From a virus (taxonomy: Duplodnaviria; Caudoviricetes): a stretch of DNA of 24,699 nt. Shown piece by piece: positions 8,639-17,380 of this stretch (positions are counted from its first letter, which is position 1; every line of letters starts with the position of its first letter). The translations under genes and the position numbers were made by a program. Location of the stretch: the IMG/VR virus record IMGVR_UViG_3300029997_000039, positions 1-24,699 of that record. One strand, written 5' to 3'. The notes beneath the pieces were generated by a model. It was given only the letters and a program-made list of their open reading frames with translations, had not been told where the DNA came from and did no database searches.

Positions 8639-9096
8639 GCGCTGCCCAATGTGAAACGGTGAAATAATTTACCCTCAATACCCCAAGGCGCCGGTTCTTC
8701 AATCTCGGCACCCAACCAGATCAACCAACGCACCGACAGTTTATAACTGGCATCAACACGCCCGATTAACCTGGGATGATGGTGTAGCAGCTCTGGCAAC
8801 AGCATTTTACAGGCACGGGCAAACTGTCGGCTATGTTTTTCTACTAAATTTGTCGTTAAAAACCAGGGATAACTCTCGTCATCCAATAAGTCTGGTTTGA
8901 CAATACCGAACATACAAGCCACTTCACCGTGCACAATCCAGGACCAGGCAATCAACGAATGATTCAATTCAAATAATAAGGACTCTTCCGGACCATGTCC
9001 CCGCGCCGCAAACACCTCGCGCGCTTCCGCTTCCCGTAGTTTTGGTGCCATTGACTTGGCATGCAGCCGAGTCGCGGGAACAAGCTTGCCTAACAT
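8635..9096 (-). CDS. T7 gp13-like / DUF2833 GNAT-fold virion assembly protein, 153 aa
   Basis: LREAEAREV, GEVACMFGI, PWFLTT, VDASYKLSVRWLIWLGA motifs; directly after the nozzle gene. Confidence 0.75.
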   Translation of the reverse strand: MLGKLVPATRLHAKSMAPKLREAEAREVFAARGHGPEESLLFELNHSLIAWSWIVHGEVACMFGIVKPDLLDDESYPWFLTTNLVEKHSRQFARACKMLLPELLHHHPRLIGRVDASYKLSVRWLIWLGAEIEEPAPWGIEGKLFHRFTLGSA

Positions 9097-11924
9097 CAGG
9101 TATCCCCGACGTATATTTCCGGAATCAAGGCCAGAATCGTACTGGGCAATGGATAATTATTTTGCACACAGACCTGACCACCGACAGTCCAGACTGACTC
9201 AGTCACGACGCGCTGATCGCCCGTAAATAATGGAATCGGTTGGCCCATTGGTTGCGTCGTGCGCTCTTTAATTTCTGTCAGCGTGTTGAAGTCAGGACCG
9301 ACCGACAGCCCACGCGAATCCTGCATGCGCACCGTTACCGCTGGAATCGTTTTGCGTTTTGATTGAACTGTTGGGCCGCCCTCGATGTCGATATAGAGTG
9401 TTTGTAATTGACAAGTGAACCCAAGACCAATGGTGATTGCCGTGGCCGGCTGATCTAGCGTGATTGAACCAGCGACAACCATCCGGCTGGCTTCGACATT
9501 GCCATCCGCTAGGATAGAAACCATCTCACCGTCTAAATGATCCAATCCAGCAACCACGGTCACCGGCGCCGTGCACGACCAGGCTCCAGGAAGTGCCGGA
9601 TAGCTGTTCGTCATGGGATTGATCATGTTGACAGTGATCGCGCCGCCACCTTCCGCCAACACGACACCCATACCGTTGTTAATCCTAACTACATCACCAA
9701 CCGTCAGCGACGTGAATACCGACGCGCTAGGACTCATGATTTGCGGGGAGGCAAGAATAGCCTGGAACACAGCGCCAGAACCTGCACCACTGGGGTCATA
9801 AATGACAAAGACAGGATTGGTGTAATTCTGTCCTGGCGCAAAGACGGCGACAGACAGAACGCCGCCAACGGTCGTTGTGGTAAACAACGCACCAGATCCG
9901 GTCGGGTCAGTTACGCTCACAGAGGTAAGCGGCCCGTAGTTAGAGCCACCAAAGATATTATCAACACCCCAAATTACGTTATTAGATTGCGCTCCTACTG
10001 GTGTTAATGTCGCTGCTGGATACGTGAGGGGATATTGCAACCCCGCATCTACACACCATGCGCGAGTGACATCTGCAGGCAATCCAACAGTAGCGGATCC
10101 AGGAATTTGCAAAGTAGGATCACCACCCATGAAACGGCTCTCGAATCGCTCAATATACTGGAGATATTGGCCGTTAATCATGCGCCCAACAATGGCATAC
10201 ACAGCGTCTTCGCTGCCCTCACTCACCGAGCACACCGATAAAAATTTTCCCTGCGTATTGTGATGTGCCCACGCCTGCACATCCTGCTCTTTCAGGTAGG
10301 TGAGCGATAACAATACGCCGTCCTCGCGCACACACCAGACAATTTTCCATGGCTCTTCGGCATAACACCAATTTAAAATCTGGTGCCCATAGAACAGATG
10401 ATTTGACAACATGGTGATATCGGTACCGGTGTACAGATTGACATAAAAATTGTAGGACAAATCCCGAACACCCGCGCCCTTTGCCTGCACATACAGAATG
10501 TCGTAGTTGATGGTGATTGGCTGAATGTCTGAACAGCCGTTATATGCCTGAGAGGTAGCCGATACCTGCGTGGGCGTAATTGCACTGGCTGTGCCACCGT
10601 CTACTTTCCACGCGCCCGATGATGTCAACACGATCAGGCTTTGCATGGGAATCATGTACTTGATGGCATTGACCTGCAGACTGGATATCGTGATCTCAAT
10701 ATTGTCATCCGGCTTGGACGGAATCGAATAATTCATGTTAAAGAAGTCGCCCGACTTCGAGAAATCAATCTGTTCCGGGGCATTGGCCATGCCACCAAAT
10801 GCCTGGCGCTCCTGATAATAGGTCACGCATCCAGGATTGCCCGCCACCGTAAATGGGTTATACGCTTGGGGTGGGCAGTTCGTGAAGTCCGGCAAGATAT
10901 TATTATCAATAAAAGTATTCGTGGCCGCAGGAGTCACCGCACCCACATATCCATACAAGGCACCAAGCGGAACCGTTGCGCTCAAATTCTCTTGCGTGCG
11001 GTAAATATTGTACAATTCAGCGCCGGTCACGGACGGAATCGTGACCGTATTGTGCGCGCCAGTATTTTGTCCTAACGCATAAATACCACCCGTAGCGGCC
11101 ACGTTCGACGGCAAACTTTCCACGCCATTGACCACCGCAGTCGCCACATAATCGTAAAATGTATTCGGGTAGGTTGTGCCAGATCCAGCCGTATTCGCTA
11201 CAGTCACACCAGCCGGCGCCGTACTGGCAGGCACAAAACTCACCGAGGTAATAGTCCAAGATGCATCACCGGACCGCGTCAATACCTGTGGCGTGTAACT
11301 GTTGTGCGTTAATGTCATGACGTTGGCAGACTGGGCAAATTTCAACAGAGCCAAGTCAGAAGCAGCATACGGCGTCGTCAGCGTATACACGCGACTGATT
11401 GTCCCACCACTTGTATAGGCACCATAAGCCGTCGTGTTGATGTTGGCACCATACATGTCCAACAGCGTTACTTGGCTCCCTGTGGCTGCTGATACAGTGG
11501 CATAGCGCTCATTTAACTGCGTCATACCGCCTATATTGTTCAGGTACACCAGATCACCCACTGAGTAGGCATTCGTCGTGGCGATCACGCAGGTCCCTGC
11601 ATTGGGAATGCCAGTAATAGCATCCGACGCCTCAAGAACCAAACCGCCATCCTTGACCACGCGCATCGTATTGTTACCGAATACCAAGGCATAATTTTGA
11701 ATGGTGCTGAATGAAAAAGGAATCAGGCGGTTTGGCGTTGTGCTGTCTTTGCACTGACCGATAAAGGATGTTCCGGACCTGGATGAGGCGCCCCCGCGGT
11801 AATCGACAAAATAATTTTGGAGTAGTGCTGCGCCAACGTGGTACTTGGCTAAATCAGTGCGCCCATAGAGAGAAGGGGCGAGTTCGCCAGCGGCAAAGGA
11901 CGGGAGTATTTTGGGTTGGCTCAT
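9096..11924 (-). CDS. Tail nozzle (tail tubular protein B, gp12-like), 942 aa
   Basis: N-terminus SFAAGELAPSLYGRTDLAKY...GGASSRSGT, RLIPFSFS, AQSANVMTLTH, YYQERQAFGG, EQDVQAWAHH, GLDHLDGEMVSILADG, C-terminus PLPSTILAL; follows the adaptor gene. Confidence 0.88.
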   Translation of the reverse strand: MSQPKILPSFAAGELAPSLYGRTDLAKYHVGAALLQNYFVDYRGGASSRSGTSFIGQCKDSTTPNRLIPFSFSTIQNYALVFGNNTMRVVKDGGLVLEASDAITGIPNAGTCVIATTNAYSVGDLVYLNNIGGMTQLNERYATVSAATGSQVTLLDMYGANINTTAYGAYTSGGTISRVYTLTTPYAASDLALLKFAQSANVMTLTHNSYTPQVLTRSGDASWTITSVSFVPASTAPAGVTVANTAGSGTTYPNTFYDYVATAVVNGVESLPSNVAATGGIYALGQNTGAHNTVTIPSVTGAELYNIYRTQENLSATVPLGALYGYVGAVTPAATNTFIDNNILPDFTNCPPQAYNPFTVAGNPGCVTYYQERQAFGGMANAPEQIDFSKSGDFFNMNYSIPSKPDDNIEITISSLQVNAIKYMIPMQSLIVLTSSGAWKVDGGTASAITPTQVSATSQAYNGCSDIQPITINYDILYVQAKGAGVRDLSYNFYVNLYTGTDITMLSNHLFYGHQILNWCYAEEPWKIVWCVREDGVLLSLTYLKEQDVQAWAHHNTQGKFLSVCSVSEGSEDAVYAIVGRMINGQYLQYIERFESRFMGGDPTLQIPGSATVGLPADVTRAWCVDAGLQYPLTYPAATLTPVGAQSNNVIWGVDNIFGGSNYGPLTSVSVTDPTGSGALFTTTTVGGVLSVAVFAPGQNYTNPVFVIYDPSGAGSGAVFQAILASPQIMSPSASVFTSLTVGDVVRINNGMGVVLAEGGGAITVNMINPMTNSYPALPGAWSCTAPVTVVAGLDHLDGEMVSILADGNVEASRMVVAGSITLDQPATAITIGLGFTCQLQTLYIDIEGGPTVQSKRKTIPAVTVRMQDSRGLSVGPDFNTLTEIKERTTQPMGQPIPLFTGDQRVVTESVWTVGGQVCVQNNYPLPSTILALIPEIYVGDT

Positions 11925-12655
11925 ACATACAAAGTGAGAGGTTGCGGACTACCGTAAAACTGCCCATTCGCCATATTGCCCCAGTCCGCGGCATACCCGC
12001 GCACCTTGATCCAGTCCGGCATATTATCGATGACCGTGATGCCTTCGTTACCGTTCTTGGCTTGCGCCTGGACAGCATACGTGTCGGCCAACTGGACGGC
12101 CATTTGCTTCATTCCTTTATCGCCCGTCAGGGGGATTGCCACGCGTGAGCCCAGAAATGCCGACAGACATTGCACAAACAGCGGATCAAACATCTGGGTA
12201 TTGGCGTTTCGAAACGTATAAATCCCAATGCCCTGAATCTGATTCGTGAGGATAACCTCAATCGGGTTGCCGGTCGTATCTAAATCGGTGCCCAGCATAA
12301 ACTTGGGTGGTGGGCCCATTAATGCCGCTGGCGCCGGCGTGCCGGTCGCTACCGCCGTATTCAATTGGACAATAGGCAGCAGCTGGCGAAACATCACACA
12401 GTCGCTCGGATAGGCGTATTCGTACAGCCACGGAATAGGGACAGCTTGGTCTTGTGTAGCGTCAAGGAGCAGGGTGAGGGCGACCTGGCGCCGCGCAAAA
12501 TTCCAATGTGCGGCACGCAAACAGCAATCTAAGGCATTCGACCAATGTCGACTAATCGCATTGGCTTCGGGAGATCCTTCACTCAGCGATGAAATTGTCG
12601 ATCGCGTGCCGATAAGATCCAGCGCCATATTCGCAATTTCAACTTGTGAACTCAT
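11921..12655 (-). CDS. Tail adaptor (tail tubular protein A, gp11-like), 244 aa
   Basis: SQVEIANMALDLIG, HWNFARRQVAL, WLYEYAYPSDC, FDPLFVQCLS motifs typical of podovirus adaptors. Confidence 0.85.
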   Translation of the reverse strand: MSSQVEIANMALDLIGTRSTISSLSEGSPEANAISRHWSNALDCCLRAAHWNFARRQVALTLLLDATQDQAVPIPWLYEYAYPSDCVMFRQLLPIVQLNTAVATGTPAPAALMGPPPKFMLGTDLDTTGNPIEVILTNQIQGIGIYTFRNANTQMFDPLFVQCLSAFLGSRVAIPLTGDKGMKQMAVQLADTYAVQAQAKNGNEGITVIDNMPDWIKVRGYAADWGNMANGQFYGSPQPLTLYV

Positions 12656-12658
12656 GGG

Positions 12659-13003
12659 TTATTTCTTCCCGTATATTTTTTCTGCCGGCGTGCGGGTATC
12701 GATATCGTCCTCGTCTTCCGCATCCTCAATCTCCGCCTTCATATGCGTGATCTGCAATGAACAGGACGAGCTCGGATCGCTGTTTTCACTGGCTGACGCG
12801 TGGCAGTGCGTGACCTTGCACATGGCCATAATGTGGACCATCTCGCCAATCTTGGGCATCTCAATGCCCAACTTTTTTAATTCCGCTTCGCCCAGGTTAA
12901 GACATAAACCGTACGGATATTCTTCCTTGTTGCTGTTTAAGTCGTTCATCGGCTTATCAGCATCGGCCCTGTCTTGCTTCATATGTACGAGATCGTCAGC
13001 CAT
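12659..13003 (-). CDS. epsilon15 gp10-like capsid staple protein, 114 aa
   Basis: YPYGLCLNLGEAELKKLGIEMPKIGEMVHI...SLQITHM pattern; sits between the capsid genes and the adaptor. Confidence 0.7.
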   Translation of the reverse strand: MADDLVHMKQDRADADKPMNDLNSNKEEYPYGLCLNLGEAELKKLGIEMPKIGEMVHIMAMCKVTHCHASASENSDPSSSCSLQITHMKAEIEDAEDEDDIDTRTPAEKIYGKK

Positions 13004-13012
13004 GATAAACCT

Positions 13013-13381
13013 TTAAGTTAAGCGCTCAATACGTCCCGCTTGTGCACCTTCAGATAACCGATAATTGATGGTGCCCGACGTATATGCCGTGCAGTTCATC
13101 CGATACAACACGCCCGGCTCAACTTCTTCTTCCTGAAAGGCAGCTGGTGCGGTAAAGGTCAGCGCGGTGTTGGTGAATTTGTTCGTGACAGGCAACCAGG
13201 TAGTGCCGCCATCATAGGAAGTCTGAATAGCAACGGTGCCAACAAAGACACCCCATACCCCAATGTTAAAAGGGCCCAAGAAGGGAACCGGCGAGTTACT
13301 GCCGTCTGGACCTGTCGCAGTTAATGCGCCAATGACGACCGTTTGCGCTAGTTCCGGACTGGTGCTCGTCATCTTTCCCAT
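13013..13381 (-). CDS. Small beta-rich virion protein with Asp-box, probable decoration protein, 122 aa
   Basis: GVFVGTVAIQTSYDGGTTW (SxDxGxTW Asp-box), YRMNCTAYTSGTINYRL; SD CAGGGG upstream. Confidence 0.6.
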   Translation of the reverse strand: MGKMTSTSPELAQTVVIGALTATGPDGSNSPVPFLGPFNIGVWGVFVGTVAIQTSYDGGTTWLPVTNKFTNTALTFTAPAAFQEEEVEPGVLYRMNCTAYTSGTINYRLSEGAQAGRIERLT

Positions 13382-13415
13382 GATGTACCCCTGAAGTTTA
13401 AAAAATAATGTGGTC

Positions 13416-13655
13416 TTAGTTAACCGCGGTCAGCGCTAAGATTGGGTCCAGATAATCCGGCGCCTTGGCTTTTTCAGCACGCGCCGCATCATTGAGCGGA
13501 TCCATATGATGGCCTGGCAAGCCTTCCCATTCAACCTCTTCGCCAATTTCCATTAACTTATCATCGATATAGGCGCGTTCATTCAACACATAACGAGGAA
13601 ATTCTGCAGAGCGTTTTTCGGGTGCTTTAACTGGTGCTTTGGCTGGAGTGCCCAT
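13416..13655 (-). CDS. Small head-module hypothetical protein, 79 aa
   Basis: SD TAGGA upstream; globular core RYVLNERAYIDDKLMEIGEEVEWEGLPGHHMDPLNDAA; fills the gap in the operon. Confidence 0.75.
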   Translation of the reverse strand: MGTPAKAPVKAPEKRSAEFPRYVLNERAYIDDKLMEIGEEVEWEGLPGHHMDPLNDAARAEKAKAPDYLDPILALTAVN

Positions 13656-13684
13656 GGTGTTTTCCTATGATTTGAAAGTGAAGG

Positions 13685-13711
13685 AATAAAGCAGGGCCGA
13701 AGCCCCGCTTT
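13685..13711 (-). terminator. Probable intrinsic terminator / stable C(UUCG)G hairpin after the MCP-cement genes
   Basis: Minus strand AAAGCGGGGC-TTCG-GCCCTGCTTT-ATT: 10-bp stem with one G:U pair, UUCG tetraloop, short U tract. Confidence 0.75.
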
Positions 13712-13724
13712 AGAAAAATACAAC

Positions 13725-14204
13725 TTAGTTCGAAACAACGATACCAGGTTTGTAACACTGGTTGTAGTCGCGAGTGCCCAGCCAGCTAATCACTGCGCCG
13801 GTCGTATTCGCGCCGGCATTGACATACGCCGTACGCAGGTAGCGAGGCAGTGCGCCTGTATCAGGATTAACCGGTGGCAACGGGAGACTAAACAACGCTC
13901 CCACTGTCAACGCGGCAACCAGAATAGCACCGGTCTCAGAATACGTTGTCCAGGTGGTGTTATCGGTCGAACCTTGTACTTGAAAGTTGACCGAGGTACC
14001 GCCAGTATACGCAGTCGTAATCTGAAACTGAATCGCCAGACTGTTAGCACCAGGTCCATCACCCAGGTCACGATTATTAATCATGTCAATGGTGTTGGTG
14101 CTGGTGGTGGTGGCACCATTGGCAAATTGGTTGATACCAATAATGCCGGTAGATGCCGAATATGTGCCCATATCAAAAACCAAAAATGCATCGATCATAG
14201 CCAT
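13725..14204 (-). CDS. Capsid cement protein (BPP-1 Bbp16-like), 159 aa
   Basis: MIDAFLVF, TSTNTIDM...RDLGDG, FQVQGSTDNTTW, PRYLRTAY, TGAVISWL jelly-roll pattern; directly after MCP; SD AAAGGAG. Confidence 0.8.
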   Translation of the reverse strand: MAMIDAFLVFDMGTYSASTGIIGINQFANGATTTSTNTIDMINNRDLGDGPGANSLAIQFQITTAYTGGTSVNFQVQGSTDNTTWTTYSETGAILVAALTVGALFSLPLPPVNPDTGALPRYLRTAYVNAGANTTGAVISWLGTRDYNQCYKPGIVVSN

Positions 14205-14258
14205 GGTAAAACTCCTTTGAAATTACAACTAAAAATACAACCAGCAGGCTGGAGTAGT

Positions 14259-15302
14259 TTAGATAGTTGATTCGGTTGAAAGGATAGCGTCCACGGTACG
14301 AATCGGGATGCCACGGAAAGTCGTGATTGCTTTACCTTCCCACTCTTCCAAGCGGAGCAACACGTTCGTTTTGTTGACCGCCTGAATATCCAGGTAAGTC
14401 CGGATGGTACGGTTGCAGTAGATCGCCAAGCGACCCATTTGCATCATGCCACCATCTGGCGCATCTGACTTCTGCTCAGTCGATACACGCACTGGGGCAG
14501 TTGGCAAGCGATGCACACCGCGAATCAAGCCGTTGATCAAGTTGGCAGCAGAACCGCCTGATAACAAGGTCACGTCGATGTTCGCGATACGCACCACATA
14601 ACGCCAGTCACGTACAGTCAGACCCATATCCCACTTGAAATGGGTACGATAGCCCTGGTACAGATTGCCGTTGGCGTCAGTCAATGGCCATTCACCTAAG
14701 TCGCGATGCTGTAGCCCGGATATTTTACCTTTCGGGAAAATACCATGCATCGTGTTTGGACCCCAGCAAGCAATCCAGATCGACGTATTGGTTGATGCCG
14801 CACCACCCGCTGAAATCACGTTAGCCGCAGTTTGCGCTACAGCGATATTCGATGAATTGTAACGTGGGGCCAATCCCATGAAACGCTCTGGGTTGACGGT
14901 CACATTGCCGTAAAACAGCGTTGTGGCCATTTGCTGATTCATGCCTTCCAGGAAAGCCATGTCTTCCGATAAACGGAATTCAGCGGTATTCCCGTTCAGA
15001 TCAGCCAGATCCTTATCGATCTCCGAATAACATTCCAACATACCGCAGTTGTCAGTTACTTGCGCGGTGGTGGACTTGGTTTTTACGACACCATAGTTCA
15101 ACAGACGCCAGGTGGCAGACGGTAGGCCGGTGCGCACGGTGGTTTTATGACCGGTCGCTAAATTACCCTCGACAACCAGCATGTCGTCCAGGATCTCGTT
15201 AGTTTGTGACAGTAAGTTAATGATGGTAGCAATCTTGCCGTCATCATCAACACGTTTTGCCCAGTCCGCATAGGTTAGAGCAGTGCCGCCTAATATAGCC
15301 AT
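14259..15302 (-). CDS. Major capsid protein (BPP-1 Bbp17 / epsilon15 gp7-like), 347 aa
   Basis: LTYADWAKRVD, LSQTNEILDDM, HKTTVRTGLPSATWRLLNYGV, RLSEDMAFLEGMNQ, FMGLAPRY, GLTVRDWRYVVRIANID, FRGIPIRTVDAILSTE. Confidence 0.93.
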   Translation of the reverse strand: MAILGGTALTYADWAKRVDDDGKIATIINLLSQTNEILDDMLVVEGNLATGHKTTVRTGLPSATWRLLNYGVVKTKSTTAQVTDNCGMLECYSEIDKDLADLNGNTAEFRLSEDMAFLEGMNQQMATTLFYGNVTVNPERFMGLAPRYNSSNIAVAQTAANVISAGGAASTNTSIWIACWGPNTMHGIFPKGKISGLQHRDLGEWPLTDANGNLYQGYRTHFKWDMGLTVRDWRYVVRIANIDVTLLSGGSAANLINGLIRGVHRLPTAPVRVSTEQKSDAPDGGMMQMGRLAIYCNRTIRTYLDIQAVNKTNVLLRLEEWEGKAITTFRGIPIRTVDAILSTESTI

Positions 15303-15303
15303 G

Positions 15304-15405
15304 GTGAACCCCTAATAAAATTAAATTAGAAAGTCGCGCCAATTGGTTTATTTCGGTGGCCGTGTGATGTGAGGCCGATCAAAACAAATCGTTTGCGATT
15401 GTTTT
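15304..15405 (-). promoter_or_regulatory. Structured ~100-nt leader between scaffold and MCP
   Basis: Hairpin AAAACAATCG-CAAA-CGATTTGTTTT (15405-15381), a GGCC...GGCC pair, and CTAAT...ATTAG running into the AGGGG SD of MCP. Confidence 0.4.
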
Positions 15406-15406
15406 A

Positions 15407-16144
15407 TTACTCTTTGTGTCCGTTACCCAAACCTGCCATGGATGGATACATTGTCGCACCAGCTGATTTAGCACCTCCGCCCGGTGAGCCATTAATCGGC
15501 GTAGCGGGGAAAAGCGGCTGCATCGCTTTGTACAATCCATAAATAACATCAGGGTTGTTGCCGGCGCCCGTCAGAGACAGCGCCGTTAAAAATTTACCAG
15601 ACGCTTCGGCACCCATTGACTGGACCAGTGCGGCTTTTGTTTTGCCGAGATTAGCATCTAAGTTGGCACCACCGATCTCGGGGTGATTCGTGACGCCTGC
15701 TCGCCATTCTGTTTGCAAGGTGTTCCACGCCTTCAACGGCGCTTCTTGGACTTGCTTTAATTCAGCACTATACATGTCCACGATCTTTTGTGCACCTTCT
15801 TGTGGTAATCCCAACGAATTTGCCAACGCTTTAAACTCAGTTGCCTTGGCCGGATCTAGCGTAACGCCTTCCGGCATCGTGAAATCAGTGTACTCAATCG
15901 CCGCGGGAGGCGCATCTGCTGCAGGCGGATCGCCAGGCTTTACTACGGGAGGCGCATTGGGATCAGGTGGTGCTTCACCCAGGAGTGAGGCGACCGGCTC
16001 CAATCCAGTGGCTGCAGCCGGTGCCGCGGCTGGCGCGGCTATTGGTGCAGCTGCAGCGGGTGCTGCAGCCGGGGGAGTGCCGCCAGCGGATCCGGACGCG
16101 TCGGCCTCATCCATGTAACGTAAAAATAAGCGTTTAATAAACAT
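15407..16144 (-). CDS. Capsid scaffolding protein, 245 aa
   Basis: Pro/Ala-rich N-terminal region, YTDFTMPEGVTLD...LGLPQEGAQKIVD, HPEIGGANLDAN, TGAGNNPDVI, C-terminal SAGATMYP; immediately upstream of MCP. Confidence 0.8.
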   Translation of the reverse strand: MFIKRLFLRYMDEADASGSAGGTPPAAAPAAAAPIAAPAAAPAAATGLEPVASLLGEAPPDPNAPPVVKPGDPPAADAPPAAIEYTDFTMPEGVTLDPAKATEFKALANSLGLPQEGAQKIVDMYSAELKQVQEAPLKAWNTLQTEWRAGVTNHPEIGGANLDANLGKTKAALVQSMGAEASGKFLTALSLTGAGNNPDVIYGLYKAMQPLFPATPINGSPGGGAKSAGATMYPSMAGLGNGHKE

Positions 16145-16146
16145 GT

Positions 16147-16473
16147 TTAAACTCCGTTCTCTTTCTGCATCAGCTGATACTCGGGCAGAAAGAACTGGTT
16201 AATTTCATTAAAGGTCGCCATGGCAGCATTACGCATGCCCAAGTTGTAATAGTCGCGGCTGTTCCCATTGAAGTCCGTTCGGAATATCCCGCAGCTGCTC
16301 AAGTTATCCCACATCCAGGCGCGCCCATTGACCGAACGCATAATTTCACCCAGACCCTCGGTGCGACGCAGTAACCGGATTTTGGCGCGCTGCTCTTTCT
16401 GTTTCACAGACAGCGCATTCCCGGCATTAAATTCAGTGACATCGCGCTCGAGTGTGTCAGTGGATAATGACAT
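16147..16473 (-). CDS. Bbp19-like head-module protein, 108 aa (start moved from 16641 to ATG 16473)
   Basis: Strong SD AAGGAGG 5 nt before ATG 16473. IMRSVNGRAWMWDNLSSCGIFRTDF...YYNLGMRN...YQLMQKEN pattern; directly before the scaffold. Confidence 0.75.
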   Translation of the reverse strand: MSLSTDTLERDVTEFNAGNALSVKQKEQRAKIRLLRRTEGLGEIMRSVNGRAWMWDNLSSCGIFRTDFNGNSRDYYNLGMRNAAMATFNEINQFFLPEYQLMQKENGV

Positions 16474-17143
16474 GGCTATCCTCCTTAATGGGCGTTTCTG
16501 AAATAGGCAGCGAATTAATACGGCAACCGACATGACCCAACTTCGAAGAGAGATACCAGTCCACGTAAATTGATAATCCTTTTTCACGCGCCTTGCGACA
16601 GAAATAGTAATCCTCCCCCTCAATCCACTCATTCCCGTCAACAGCGTCTTGGTGGGCCGGTGTACGGTAATACGGTTTCGCCATCTCTTTGAATGCCGAT
16701 AATTTAATCAACATGCAACCCCCAGGCAGTGCGCCGACTTCCATGAGTTCAGGCAAATTCGTGCCGCTAACCGCTTCATCCAGCTGGCGGTCATCGATCG
16801 CCTTACCTAACAAACGATGTGGCTCTTCGCGCTGGATATAGGTGCAACCAACGATATCCTTATCATGGGATAACAAACGCCGCAGGGTGTATTGCGGAAA
16901 TATCATGTCCGAATCAACAAAGAATAGATAATCGACACCGAGGCTTTGCGCTTGCTTGACCAGCAAGTTGCGGTTGTTGACGATCAGCGATCCCTTAGCA
17001 TTAATCAGCGCGATGTTAACGGCTTCATGGACAACATCGTTTTGGGCAAAGCGACCACAACCATGTGCCAACGCCGCCAACGACATGGCAAAATCTGCGT
17101 GAACCATATCACCAGAAGGAATACAAATAGCGACCTTAGCCAT
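16457..17143 (-). CDS. GT-A fold (GT2-like) glycosyltransferase, 228 aa
   Basis: KVAICIPS, SLIVNNRNLLV, DYLFFVDSDM (DxD), DKDIVG, GGCMLIK, GEDYYFCRKA, LGHVG. Confidence 0.85.
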   Translation of the reverse strand: MAKVAICIPSGDMVHADFAMSLAALAHGCGRFAQNDVVHEAVNIALINAKGSLIVNNRNLLVKQAQSLGVDYLFFVDSDMIFPQYTLRRLLSHDKDIVGCTYIQREEPHRLLGKAIDDRQLDEAVSGTNLPELMEVGALPGGCMLIKLSAFKEMAKPYYRTPAHQDAVDGNEWIEGEDYYFCRKAREKGLSIYVDWYLSSKLGHVGCRINSLPISETPIKEDSHVIIH

Positions 17144-17369
17144 ATTTCACCACCTTGCACGACGGCGCCTGATGAATCAACACCGTATCCAATAAATGAT
17201 TGGCGGCTGCCTCGGTCATTAATGACGCCTGCTCGAATTCCTGACTCCAGCCGCCCGTGGGACTCGCCAAACTGCGCCCCACTTCTGCGCTGTAATACAG
17301 CTTTGGCACGGAGTCCGTGCGTTGAATAACGTGCCCTGGCTGGTCGTTGAGGGCTTCCTGGTTGTCCAT
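17136..17369 (-). CDS. Hypothetical protein, 77 aa
   Basis: SD TAAGGA upstream; 8-nt overlap with the glycosyltransferase start. Confidence 0.65.
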   Translation of the reverse strand: MDNQEALNDQPGHVIQRTDSVPKLYYSAEVGRSLASPTGGWSQEFEQASLMTEAAANHLLDTVLIHQAPSCKVVKYG

Positions 17370-17380
17370 TCTTTAGTTCC

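Noticed and set aside
14241-14252. CCAG-CCTG-CTGG hairpin plus U-rich tract after MCP as a terminator
   Set aside because: The 4-bp stem is too weak to call; noted only with the repeated element.
15900-16110. GC-rich GCA/GCG repeats in the scaffold gene
   Set aside because: They simply encode the Ala/Pro-rich linker; not a CRISPR array or DNA-level repeat.
16474-16641. N-terminal extension of the 164-aa ORF 16147-16641
   Set aside because: It overlaps the glycosyltransferase; a strong AAGGAGG SD marks ATG 16473 as the start.
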